From assembly GCA_002633005.1 (NCBI GenBank), contig NMRA01000245.1, positions 434,001 through 498,000 of the forward strand: a DNA stretch of 64,000 nt, in the 5' to 3' direction. Position 1 is the stretch's first letter; each line of letters begins with the position of its first letter. Made by a program: the position numbers and the translations under genes. A model generated the notes under the pieces. It was not told the DNA's origin, did no database searches, and was given only the letters and a program-made list of their open reading frames with translations. Origin of the DNA: Phoronis australis (lineage: Eukaryota > Animalia > Phoronida). Of the stretch, positions 13,401 to 25,900 are shown in pieces.

Positions 13401-13478
13401 AACAATGATTCATGTACAATTACATAAACATTTCTCTCATTCCAGAACACCTTATCACTTGTTTAACTCAGCAACTAA

Positions 13479-13592
13479 CTAAGTGAAGTGAGCCACCATT
13501 GATAAAAATACTCATCTAAGTGAAGTGAGCCACCATTGATAAAAACACTCAACTGAGTGACTCAAAGTGAACCACCATTGATAAAAACACTC
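13479..13592. repeat. ~37-bp tandem repeat, ~3 copies
   Basis: Unit ctaagtgaagtgagccaccattgataaaaa(t/c)actca. Confidence 0.8.
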
Positions 13593-14414
13593 TGATTCAC
13601 TTCGGAAACATTGTCACAGCTTATCTGCGACACTTCTTGCTTAGTTTCAAAAGTTTCCAATTGTCATTTATTTCTCAAGTTTTTTCAATTTTTATTTATT
13701 TTGTGTATCAAGGTTACGTAAGGCCCCAGAAAATGTCCAACTTTGGCTAATTTCAGAACATCATATATCAGAACTGGCTGATCGAATTAGCACCAAATAT
13801 TCAGATACATAATTAGCACTGTTCTCCAAAACACAGTGTTTTCAAAGGGTTTAAATTTTGCAGGTGTGGGTATCAAAAATAGGTCTTTTGTGATTTTCAT
13901 GACAAACTCAAAAGCTACACAAAAATATAACTTAGAAAGGAAATTTTTTTGAGATTTCATCTTGAACATTTATATTGAATGAAATTTGGTCATATTAATC
14001 TGTGATGTTGCTGTATTGCAATCAATGCACCCTTCGTGTTTCAATGAAATGATTACATAACCCAATCAACAGTTGAAAATATCTTTCCACGAATTAAAAT
14101 CTTTAATTTTGTAGATTTGGTAAAATCACACCAGACTTATCAACAATGGTACTGCTTAACCTGAATTCATTCAGACAACAACTACATTAGAGTTGTGGTT
14201 GTTGTAAGCATACGTAAAAATTGTGCGAGAGATCTAGGGAATTCTGGGATGAGTGGAGCGTGAACGGCTCTAGTGAACACATGACAAGGGAAAGACAATG
14301 ACCAGGCTGGCGTTAAGCAATCAATAACACTGAGGCTTCTATTACTTTGTGGTCAACCACAAATTAACATTAAAAGTCGTTTAATATTAATTGATTTGTT
14401 GAAGTGGAAAGACA

Positions 14415-14921
14415 CTCAGGGGGGAGGCACTGCCATGGAAGAGGTACAACCAGGACATGGAGCTCTGAAGGGTGACTTTTCATGAGTTCCACCTGCAAAA
14501 AGGTACCCTATCCTGACAAATTCCCTAGGAAAGGGTGCTATTCTAGACAGAAGTTCTTACAAAAGGTTTAAATCAGCAGTTCAGAATTCTACAAAAGGAT
14601 CTTTTTTTTTCAACAACATCGATCTACTGATTAAGTGTTCTTAATATCATCTATATTTTCAAAACTATGACTGCAAAAGATGTATTCTTTTTTATAGTTT
14701 TTCTTAACCAGTATCAGACTTAAAAAGTGGCAAAATTCACCTGTTCACGAATCTCAACAAAATGATCAAGTTCGTGAAATTTTAACCCCTTTAAATAGGG
14801 AGACCAGTTCCTGGATGCTCCCAGCAAATGGGTCCCTTGTTTTCGAGTCTACACTCTCAATCGTTGGGAATCGTAATTTTTCTGCAGCAACCGTACCAAC
14901 CACAACTGAGCACCCCCTGAG
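14415..14921. mobile_element. Decayed non-autonomous TIR element with G/C-run termini
   Basis: CTCAGGGGG... / ...CCCCCTGAG ends and repeated internal AAAAGG(G)T motifs; no clean TSD. Confidence 0.4.
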
Positions 14922-15470
14922 AAGATGCACGCCAGATTATTGCAAATGGGTTGTATGAACGAACACATCATGTAGGAGCCAGAGTCAATTTGTTATTACA
15001 TCCAGACTCACCTGGTCATATTATTTAAATATCCCATTCATTGTTTGTGACCAGTTGGACATACCTGCTACAATCAATGTTTATGCACCAGGATGACACT
15101 CAACTCTACATGGCTACTGAGTTCCAGTCAATTATATTTTATTCATATCAATAGGCTTCTATCCACGCGACATAAAAGCATCTGTTTTAAAAATAAGCAT
15201 CACCATAAATTCATAAGGCAGGGGTCACTGAGCTACTAAAATACAACACTTAGTATGTGATAAACATTCAAGTGCTTTGAAATAATTTGGACATAAATAC
15301 ATTGTCCATTCTGGTGACCACATATACTTCCGCTCTATTTAAATAAATAGTATGTTAATTTATGCATTTAATGAAACGTCTTAACTTTTGAAAACTTACT
15401 TACATTGGGTCACCTCATCTAGAGACAGCCGACATGGCGCAGCTAACACGGAACAGCTGATCGGGTGCAA

Positions 15471-15513
15471 GTGTGTGTGTACGTGCGTGCGTGCGTGCGT
15501 GCGTGTGTGTGTG
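15471..15513. repeat. (GT)n/(GCGT)n microsatellite
   Basis: Seen directly. Confidence 0.9.
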
Positions 15514-15835
15514 CATGTAAAAATGACTTACACGGAGCAAGTGACACAGTGGCAGCCAGTTTTTGACACCGGTTTGATAGGTAAAGCGAGTTGTACTCCA
15601 TCAGTTGCTCCAGTTTCAGCTACATGTCTATGGGGCAGGGACCATCTTTCAATGCTTTGTGCAATAGCCTATACTGAGGTGATCAACTGGCATTCCACAT
15701 TGTTAAGACATTAGATATTGTTTATGCAAGCATGCAAAGACAGGGGTGTAAGTGAGTCATGCTAATCCAGTTTGTGATCTAATATCGTGTAAATGCGTCT
15801 AAAGCGAAGCAAGTCGCACCGTGAACAGTGACACT

Positions 15836-15867
15836 GCACCGCACCGCACCGCACCGCACCGCACCGC
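15836..15867. repeat. (GCACC)n pentanucleotide microsatellite
   Basis: About 6 copies seen directly. Confidence 0.9.
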
Positions 15868-17012
15868 GAGCAATGACACAGTGACAACTGGGTGACAAAT
15901 GTCTCTGTTTAAAAGGGGGTATATTGATTTATTATACTCATATTTGTCTCAGCTAATGTCTAAGCTCAGTTTACAGCCCACACACTTTACAGTACCCATG
16001 CTCAGTTAGTCAGTAGAGTTGGAGATCTGAAATGGTCATAATGCTCATGGCTACTCTAATATTATCCTCTATTCGCATACAAAAAACATTATAAACATTA
16101 TTAAAAAATCAAAATGGCAAAGTGATTGTATAATTAATATTAGCAGGCCCAAAGAAAGATTCCATGACCTCACTTTTAAATTTCACCTTCAAGCCGCTGC
16201 TCAAGTCATGAACCAAACCGGTACTGTAAATTCCATACCCACCGACCAAAACTCCACACACTGCGAAAATATTTCATAGCGGTGATCAAGCTTCATACTC
16301 ATGGTTGAGCTATTAGAATTTGTGTGGCGTATGCTGTCCTGGGATTGATATTGAGGAGATTGTAGCTTAGTAAGCTAAGGAATCGTTTTCACTGCCTGAT
16401 TATTTTAATACATTTTTGGCCACCGTCATTGATTGTTTTCCTAGTGTACCACATGAATTTCTGCCTATGATCTGGCGCCATTTTATCGAGGTGCACCCCC
16501 CCCCCCACTTCCACACTTATTTTAGCACTGTATAAATAGATAATTCACGTCTCCTCAAAATCAACCAACACTCATTAGAAAAGTACAGAAACACAATAAA
16601 AAAGGCCGGGAGCAGATTATGCCTGGTCATGCAAAGCAAATATCTACAATCGGAGCAAAAAATAAAGATAGCACGCAACATTTAATTGAATATACCAGGG
16701 CATTAAATATAAGACACACAAGGGAATGGAAGAAAAAACACCAACTCGAGTTTGTGCCAGGAAGCAAATCTGAACCATTTGGGCACAGGGGACAGCATGA
16801 AATTTTAATGGAAATTGAAGTTCTGTGTGAAGTAGGCGATTAAAACCCCATCAAAGACAGATTATGGAATATGAAGTCATAACGACAAAAAGTACACATC
16901 CTGTTTGTTTGAAGGCTTAATAACAGTGGGGTGTCAAAAGTGGCACATTAGGTCGTCACAAAACTGTAAAATATTTTCACGACGGATAAAAAGACTAAAC
17001 ACCGGGTACTGT

Positions 17013-17525
17013 TGTTGTGAAGCGTGACTTCCGGTTGTCACGACATGTGCAGTCAGATAAAGCCTCTCTAAGCCGCTTGCCAAGCGGCAATTGCCTCTTG
17101 GCCGCCTGATTTAGATGCTTGACTGTCGCTCGTGTAACCCAGGTTCAAGCTTCGCGGGAGACAGAAATTTTCTACATTGGCGCCCAACTAAGGAAAAATC
17201 TACCGACTAACCCTGAGATGTAAAGCAGCAGATGGAGAGGGGGCGACCTGGTACTAGTGGATTCAGAACACAAAAGAGAGCGTTGCTGAGGTCGAATTCC
17301 AGAACACTAGGGTGTTGCTGAGATCTAAAAGCCAGGGAGCTCGCCTGTAATGCGGAAGGGGGAGTAGTATTGTGAAGTGTGACTTCTGGTTGTCATGACA
17401 CTTGGAGTCAGATAAAGCCTCTCTAAGCCGCTTGCCGAGTGGCAATTGCCTCTTTGCTGAATGGTTTAGATGCTTGACTGTCGCTCGTGCAACCCGGGTT
17501 CAAGCTTCGCAGGAAATTTTCTACA
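17013..17525 (+). mobile_element. TRIM-type non-autonomous LTR retrotransposon with tRNA-like sequence in its LTRs (copy 1)
   Basis: 5' LTR 17013-17176 (TGT...ACA); PBS TGGCGCCCAAC at 17178-17188; non-coding 191-nt interior; PPT GGAAGGGGGAGTAG at 17354-17367; 3' LTR 17368-17525; 4-bp TSD CTGT at 17009-17012 and 17526-17529. Confidence 0.92.
17093..17162 (+). ncRNA. Degenerate tRNA-like Pol III unit inside the TRIM LTR (present in all four LTR copies)
   Basis: Four-copy consensus A box TGGC(C/T)GAATGG; B box GGTTCAAGC at 17142-17150; ct-GTC-gc loop at the anticodon position; GCCTCTT/GGGAGAC partial acceptor stem; TTTT at 17168-17171. Confidence 0.7.
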
Positions 17526-19143
17526 CTGTAAAGGCACCATTGCCAAACTGCTGAAACACTCTGGCGAATTACCTTAGTTACAACATAAAGGTAGAATGAT
17601 TTGATGAATGCTTTATGCATTATGTATGTTTTGGAAAACACCGTGTTTTGAGACAGCATCGTCACTATGAAGGAGTCAACAAACATGATACAGACCAAGA
17701 TGTTTAGTGATGATATCAAAAGGAGTTGGATCCATTCAGACAATAAAGAATACATGCAACTTTGAAGCCATGTTTATTACCCACTGCTGCCCTCATGTGA
17801 GCGTTTTTAGAGCTCAGCTGTATCTAAGAAAGTGTTGACGAAGCCCTTGTAAATCAGTATATTTCCATAAGGAATACCAGATTGCAGGTTTGCATTGAAA
17901 ATTTATGGCATGACTTCAAGGTACACAGGTACTACAGCATAAATTAGTGATAATCAATTTTACAATGACGCTCTCGCTGAAACATAGAAAAAAAACATTG
18001 AACTAGGTTTATGACTAATTGACGGGGAAACATCCATTGACAACAAAACAATAAAAACAATTAATGTGTTTTGTACCACTGTCCCAGTGTGCTCCATTCA
18101 ATAACAATGACAACAATGAGAGTCAACACAGTCAAAATACAAGGGAAAGTCCAAATGAGATGAGGGTTCAGAGGGGAGACTAGAACAAGTATTCAATAGC
18201 CATATATCAGCAGAAATGTGCAAGAATCCAGAATAACAAAGAAAATATTAAACATCAAATTAAATTCCTTCATTTTGTTTTGCTGAAAGATTACGGATAC
18301 TAATTCCTGGAACTATTTCAGATATCAATATCTTCTCTTCTTGCTTTTAAGTTTAAGGACAAAAAGTGACATTAAAAATTTATTATTTTTTTGTGCTGCA
18401 TTAAAAACGAGCTCAAAGGTTTTGTTAGTCGCAAGGGATTTCATAAAAAATGGGAAAGATTACTGAGTGATTATATACTTATGATGAATAAGTAATTGAG
18501 CCATGCAACTTATGGAAAACAAACCAAAAGGGAAAAAACTAAATTAGTCATAAGAGCAAAAGGAGTAGACCACAACACCAACATATTTGTATCCATCTTA
18601 AGAATAATTGATAGCGAACAAAAACCTGAAAACAAAAATAGTTATGTTGATTTCAAATACTATGATTCCACCCGCACTCTAAGCCTGTTTGAATTTTAAA
18701 AGTTTAAACTGGACACTGGCTTCCAGTTTAACAGGTTTACAATACAATTACACCCATAGTCAATCAACAACGCTAAGTAAGGACTACTCCAAAAGCTAGG
18801 GAATAACAAGTAACATATTTTTTATCCAAACTACAGTGTAAGATAAATAAGACGTCCTAATCAATGACTTCATAATTAATTCATTATGGCATTTCACAGA
18901 AATAGATAAAGAGATCATTAAATTAACACCTCTGTCAACATTGTTTGATTTAGGTCACCATAAAACTAATACTGAGCACCCCTTTGCATGTGAACTCTTC
19001 CAGTCTACTCAATGTTTTAAGGTAACAACCCATAAATATGGTCAGATGAATAGGATAAGGTTTGAAATGAAGGTACCATGTGACACGCTTCGAAGGGCTG
19101 AAACTTCGCAGTATTACTGGAGATTCTAGCAATTAAAACCATA

Positions 19144-19216
19144 ATGGATAATAGTTGGTGGCAAAGAAAATTTCAATCCCTGCTTTTTGTCATGTGGATC
19201 ACGTCCGTAGTAAAAG
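19144..19216 (+). CDS. Identical second copy of CA exon 1 inside the duplicated block
   Basis: Same 73 nt as 22828-22900; lies in copy 1 of the N-joined duplication. Confidence 0.6.
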
Positions 19217-20693
19217 GTAAGAAACCAGTATTCATTTAGTTGTATCAGACTGACCAGTGTCTAAAGTTAAATAAATGCTAAGAAGAAAAAAAAAAGTTAA
19301 ATTTACTAAAAAGCTAGTGAATTTAATCAGTAATAGCTAAATCACATTGACTTCACTCCGACTGAAACAATACATAGTCCTCTGTATGATGCATGATTGA
19401 TTAAACTGGGTTAGTTTTTGTAAAGAGTTTTGATCAATAAATATGCGCTGAGCCCAGGCGAAAATATTGTTTAGAGAGTGTCATTACCAATTTATATTCA
19501 TGGGGTCTCACTCTGTGTCGTCTTTGATCACTGCCAGCAAAACAATGGCTCTATTTAATGCTAACTCAAAGAACACATCTATTTATCTAAATTAAGTGTC
19601 ACCTATGTAATTGATTGGCTTCATGTGTATCCAATTTTCTAGTAGCTGCTATCAACTTTAAATTGCTTGAAAAGCAGGAATGCTAAGCTGTGTAAAAGAT
19701 GTGATCAGGTATCCATATATACATCAACATTCTCTTTACTTGAGTGAAATCTGATGAAAATACATAGAAAACGAACACCGACAGACAAGAGGCATCCACG
19801 CTAATTGACAAGCCGCTAATAGAGATATGAAGCCAATCATTTCTTAAGCCACGATTAAATAGTATAAGCTGTCTAATGACTGAAATCAGTTTCATCGACT
19901 CGTCTCACGATCTTGTTAGAACCTCTCAGGCTTGAGATAAAAAATTTCTATCTAATTCAAAGCCTGCAAAGCATATAGCAGAGATATGTGAAAAGGAATC
20001 TAATGNGCTGTCCTGGGATTGAAGTTGAGAAGATTGTAGTTCAATTAAGCTAAGGAATCGTTTTCACTGCCTGATTATCAATACATTTTTGGCCACCATC
20101 ATTGTTTTCCTAGTGTACCACATGAATTTCTGCCTATGATCTGGCGCCATTTTATCGAGGTACACCCCCCCCCCCNCCCCCCCCGCCACTTCCACACTTA
20201 TTTTAGCACTGTATAAATAGATAATTCACATCTCCTCAAAATCAACCAACACTCATTAGAAAAGTACAGAAATACAATAAAAAAGGCCGGGAGCAGATTA
20301 TGCCTGGTCATGCAAAGCAAATATCTACAATTGGAGCAAAAAATAAAGATAGCACGCAACATTTAATTGAATATACCAGGGCATTAAATGTAAGGCACAC
20401 AAGGGAACGGAAGAAAAAACACCGACTCGAGTTTGTGTCAGGCAGCAAATCTGAACCATTTGGGCACAGGGGACAGCATGAAATTTTAATGGAAATTGAA
20501 GTTCTGTGTGAAGTAGGCGATTAAAACCCCATCAAAGGCAGATTATGGAATATGAAGTCATAACGACAAAAAGTACATATCCTGTTTGTTTGAAGGCTTA
20601 ATAACAATGGGGTGTCAAATGTGGCACATTACATCGTCACAAAACTGTAAAATATTTTCACGACGGATAAAAAGACTAAAGACCGGGTACTGT

Positions 20694-21197
20694 TGTTGTG
20701 AAGCGTGACTTGCGGTTGTCACGACATGTACAGTCAGATAAAGCCTCTCTAAGCCGCTTGCTAAGCGGCATTTGCCACTTGGCCGAATGATTTAGATGCT
20801 TGACTGTCGCTCGTGTAACCCGGGTTCAAGCTTCGCGGGAGAAAGAAATTTTCTACATTGGCACCCAACTAAGGAAAAATCCACCTGAGATGTAAAGCAG
20901 AAGATGGAGAGGGGGCGACCTGGTACTAGTGGATTCAGAACACAAAAGAGAGCGTTGCTGAGGTCGAATTCCAGGACACTAGGGTGTTGCTGATATCTAA
21001 AAGCCAGGGAGCGCGCCTGTAACGCGGACGGGGGAGTAGTATTGTGATGTGAGACTTCTAGTTGTCATGACACGTACAGTCAGATAAAGCCTGTCTAAGC
21101 CGCTTGCCAAGCGGCAATTGCCTCTTGGCTGAATGGTTTAGATGCTTGACAGTCGCTCGTGCAACCCGGGTTCAAGCTTCGCGGGAAATTTTCTACA
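20694..21197 (+). mobile_element. Same TRIM insertion in the second copy of the duplicated block
   Basis: 5' LTR 20694-20857, PBS variant TGGCACCCAAC, PPT, 3' LTR 21040-21197, same CTGT TSD and same flanks. Confidence 0.9.
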
Positions 21198-22827
21198 CTG
21201 TAAAGGCACCATTGCCAAACTGTTGAAACACTCTGGCGAATTACCTTAGTTACAACATAAAGGTACGGTAGAATGATTTGATGAATGCTTTATGCATTAT
21301 GTAAGTTTTGAGACAGCATCATCACTATGAAGGAGTCAACAAACACAATACAGACCAAGATGTTTAGTGATGATATCAAAATGAGTTGGATGCCATTCAG
21401 ACAATAAAGAATACATGCAACTTTGAAGCCACGTTTATTACCCACTGCTGCCCTCATGTGAGCGTTTTTAGAGCTCAGCTGTATCCAAGAAAGTGTTGAC
21501 GAAGCCCTTGTAAATCAGTATATTTCCATAAGGAATACCAGATTGCAGGTCTGCATTGGAAATTTATGGCATGACTTCAAGGTACACAGGTACTACAGCA
21601 TAAATTAGTGATAATCAATTTTACAATGACGCTCTCGCTGAAACATAGAAAAAAAACATTGAACTAGGTTTATGACTAATTGACAGGGAAACATCCATTG
21701 ACAACAAAACAATAAAAACAATTAATGTGTTTTGTACCACTGTCCCAGTGAGCTCCGTTCGATAATAATGACAACAATGGGAGTCAACACAGTCAAAATA
21801 CAAGGGACAGTCTAAATGAGATGAGGGTTCAGAGGGGAGACTAGAACAAGTATTCAATAGCCATATATCAGCAGAAATGTGCAAGAATCCAGAATAACAA
21901 AGAAAATATTAAACATCAAATTAAATTCCTTCATTTTGTTTTGCTGAAAGATTACGGATACTAATTCCTGGAACTATTTCAGATATCAATATCTTCTCTT
22001 CTTGCTTTTAAGTTTAAGGACAAAAAGTGACATTAAAAATTTATTATTTTTTTGTGCTGCATAAAAAACGAGCTCAAAAGTTTTGTTAGTCACAAGGGAT
22101 TTCATAAAAAATGAGAAAGATTACTGAGTGATTATATACTTATGATGAATAAGTAATTGAGCCATGCAACTTATGGAAAACAAACCAAAAGGGAAATAAC
22201 TAAATTAGTCACAAGAGCAAAAGGAGTAGACCACAACACCAACATATTTGTATCCATCTTAAGAATAATTATTACGATCTCAACATATGATAGAGAACAA
22301 AAACCTGAAAACAAAAATAGTTATGTTGATTTCAAATACTATGATTCCACCTGCACTCTAAGCCTGTTTGAATTTTAAAAGTTTAAACTGGACACTGGCT
22401 TCCAGTTTAACAGGTTTACAATACAATTACACCCAATTTTTAGTCAACCAACAACGCCAAGTAAGGACTACTCCAAAAACTAGGGAATAACAAGTAACAT
22501 ATTTTTTATCCAAACTACAGTGTAAGATAAATAAGACGTCATAATCAATGACTTCATAATTAATTCATAATGGCATTTCACAGAAATAGATAAAGAGATC
22601 ATTAAATTAACACCTCTGTCAACATTGTTTGATTTAGGTCACCATAAAACTAATACTGAGCACCCCTTTGCATGTGAACTCTTCCAGTCTACTCAATGTT
22701 TTAAGGTAACAACCCATAAATATGGTCAGATGAATAGGATAAGGTTTGAAATGAAGGTACCATGTGACACGCTTCAAAGGGCTGAAACTTCGCAGTATTA
22801 CTGGAGATTCTAGCAATTAAAACCATA

Positions 22828-22900
22828 ATGGATAATAGTTGGTGGCAAAGAAAATTTCAATCCCTGCTTTTTGTCATGTGGATCACGTCCGTAGTAAAAG
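22828..22900 (+). CDS. CA exon 1, signal peptide (MDNSWWQRKFQSLLFVMWITSVVK-G)
   Basis: ATG, basic n-region, hydrophobic core, AAG|gtaaga donor in phase 1 that fits the exon at 29186. Confidence 0.78.
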
Positions 22901-25900
22901 GTAAGAAACCAGTATTCATTTAGTTGTATCAGACTGACCAGTGTCTAAAGTTAAATAAATGCTAAGAAGAAAAAAAAAAGTTAAATTTACTAAAAAGCTA
23001 GTGAATTTAATCAGTAATAGCTAAATCACATTGACTTCACTCCGACTGAAACAATACATAGTCCTCTGTATGATGCATGATTGATTAAACTGGGTTAGTT
23101 TTTGTAAAGAGTTTTGATCAATAAATATGCGCTGAGCCCAGGCGAAAATATTGTTTAGAGAGTGTCATTACCAATTTATATTCATGGGGTCTCACTCTGT
23201 GTCGTCTTTGATCACTGCCAGCAAAACAATGGCTCTATTTAATGCTAACTCAAAGAACACATCTATTTATCTAAATTAAGTGTCACCTATGTAATTGATT
23301 GGCTTCATGTGTATCCAATTTTCTAGTAGCTGCTATCAACTTTAAATTGCTTGAAAAGCAGGAATGCTAAGCTGTGTAAAAGATGTGATCAGGTATCCAT
23401 ATATACATCAACATTCTCTTTACTTGAGTGAAATCTGATGAAAATACATAGAAAACGAACACCGACAGACAAGAGGCATCCACGCTAATTGACAAGCCGC
23501 TAATAGAGATATGAAGCCAATCATTTCTTAAGCCACGATTAAATAGTATAAGCTGTCTAATGACTGAAATCAGTTTCATCGACTCGTCTCACGATCTTGT
23601 TAGAACCTCTCAGGCTTGAGATAAAAAATTTCTATCTAATTCAAAGCCTGCAAAGCATATAGCAGAGATATGTGAAAAGGAATCTAATGAGATAATTTGA
23701 AATTGGAAAATGACACGATTAGTTAGTTTTTAACCAATGCACATGTTTAGTGTCATCAATAAATGTCAGATATCAAGCGTAAAGTCTGACGCACACAATG
23801 TGATTTTTCATCATCAACATTCACTGCTTACAAAATAGTATTGTGTACATTAGTTCATGACAAAAATATTAGACCCCACCCTTAACCAGAAAAAACGGCC
23901 GTGTTTTTTTCTAAGATCGCTAGATTTTTACTGACATTAGATTTCGGATTTTTTTCAGCATATTTGATTTATCTTTGACAAAAATCCTGACTGAGATTGG
24001 TTTTGTTTTTCATCAAATTAATTTTCCAGAAGCACTTTATCTTCTGTTATTTCCCAGATAACAATCAACCAATGGGTGACATCCTATCCAAAGCCACTGC
24101 AAATCCTTCAGATAAACGAGTAACAAAACCGCTCACTGAGTCAGGCAGCAGTTTGCAACACCCAGAATCTCCGATATGGTTTAAGTTTAGTTGCCATTTA
24201 CATGAAGCAGCTTTACTAATAAAAATAACAGTACAAATTAGTGGCTCCATCAGCCTGGCTAGTTCATTGCTCGTCTCCATGAAGCTCGCGTGAAATCGGA
24301 TGATATATATACACCTGTTATGCTTTCGAATTAGTTATTAATATCGTATTCATCAAATATTAGCCAACACATTTCCTCCATCGACTTTTAACTTTGAGAT
24401 CGAAAAATGGCTCAGGAAACATTCAAACTCGAACTCTTCAGATTTCATTGGGTAAAAAATAACCCGCATAAGCTGGCACAAGAATTTGCCTAACACATCC
24501 AAGTCGTGTCTCAAGTGTTAAAATTTAAGGTATGGCGAATAATTAAATTGAATCTTTGTCATTCGAAAATAGCATGAAAAATAGCCTTCTGAAAGTAGAA
24601 TCGGTATGCTCTATAATGTCTTGTGTGTCATTAAGTGGAAGAACGGGTATTTTGACTGTATGTACAAATACTGTCACGCTGTGGTACGTGAGAAAAGAAC
24701 TCCATTTATGGACAAGGAATTGCTATTACAACCCAATCTGTTAATGATAAAAGCTAATGAGTTGGTAAAACTGGAATCACGGTTGAAGAGAAATGAACTA
24801 CAAGTGATTCGAACATCTCATGACAATAGAGATGCTCTGCAGTACTTTCCTTAGAAAAAAATCACAAATGCTGTAAAGTTTTGATTACAGAGACAGTTGC
24901 TATTGGTGGTTCTTAAAGTTTTTACACCATGTTTCACAAGACACCTTGAAGTAAGCAAAAATTAGTTCAGTATTTAGCTCATAAGTAGGAATCCGATGAT
25001 TGTTAAGACCTCTGACTCAAATCATGGATTACTAAGGAGGTCAGTTCAATAAAATGGAGCCATAGGCATAAAGGGTCATAATATTGATGGGTCTATGGTG
25101 CAGTCGCATTGCCGTCCATTAGAACCACTGGATATGTGGACATTCATGAACCACTAGGCTACTCAGTTTGTGGTAAACAATTCTTCAGTTTACGACAGTC
25201 TCCTCAATTTTAGACACTGAAATTCGAGCTGAAATTGAATTTTCTAGAATCTGAAGGTTGGGATTTTTTGGGGGGATTCTGAAATATCATTTATTCACTG
25301 CTGGAATTTGAAAATATACTTGGCAGTTGATAAAATCACCAATGCAAGTTTTCATAAGTCCTCATAGTTTATAAGAATGGAGATGAATTATTGTTTGTCA
25401 TCCATTGTATTTGGGATGGCTAATATTGCCTATTTCTAAAATTTGGTACAAACTTCAAAATTGAATAAATTAATTTTGGTAACAGTTCTCCAGTTTGGGG
25501 CATCTCTAAGCTTTGGGACACCAAAACTGAATTTCCTCGATTCAGGAAATTGGGACATGGGTGACTTTGGCATTCACTATATTACTCTAACATTGGACAC
25601 TGTTTTGTATCAACAGTCTGAACACAGACTATTTGCTGTTAATAAAATTGTGTAAAATGGCCGCTGTTTTCATGAGTCCCTATAGTATGTAACATCTAGG
25701 TGAATGATCCCATGTCATTGACTGTAATTCTTGAATTTGAGATGGCCAGTGTTGTCTACTTCTAAAATTTCATACTAACCATGACCTTCAATTGCGCAAA
25801 TTAATTTAATTTCAACAGTCCCAAACTCATGGGGAATATTTATCCAGAGCTAGCTGTGACCAACGTCTTCACAGGCTGGCCACCAATCCCCAGTCAGTGA

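Larger units (their letters stand above)
16333..23689. repeat. Tandem near-duplication of about 3.7 kb (16333-20005 / 20007-23689) joined by N at 20006; probably uncollapsed haplotypes
   Basis: Colinear copies with SNPs and small indels in the proximal part and near-identity in the last ~1 kb; duplicated ORFs appear in the track. Confidence 0.9.

Noticed and set aside
13479-13592. CRISPR-like ~37-bp repeats
   Set aside because: Units are adjacent with no unique spacers, the context is eukaryotic and there are no cas genes.
16619-16843. Paired ORFs (16619/20300, 18941/22625, 19683/23367) as a duplicated small-gene cluster
   Set aside because: They recur only because of the N-joined duplication and show no coding signatures.
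17093-17162. Functional tRNA-Asp gene
   Set aside because: D, anticodon and T stems pair poorly and the unit is embedded in LTRs; treated as tRNA-derived.
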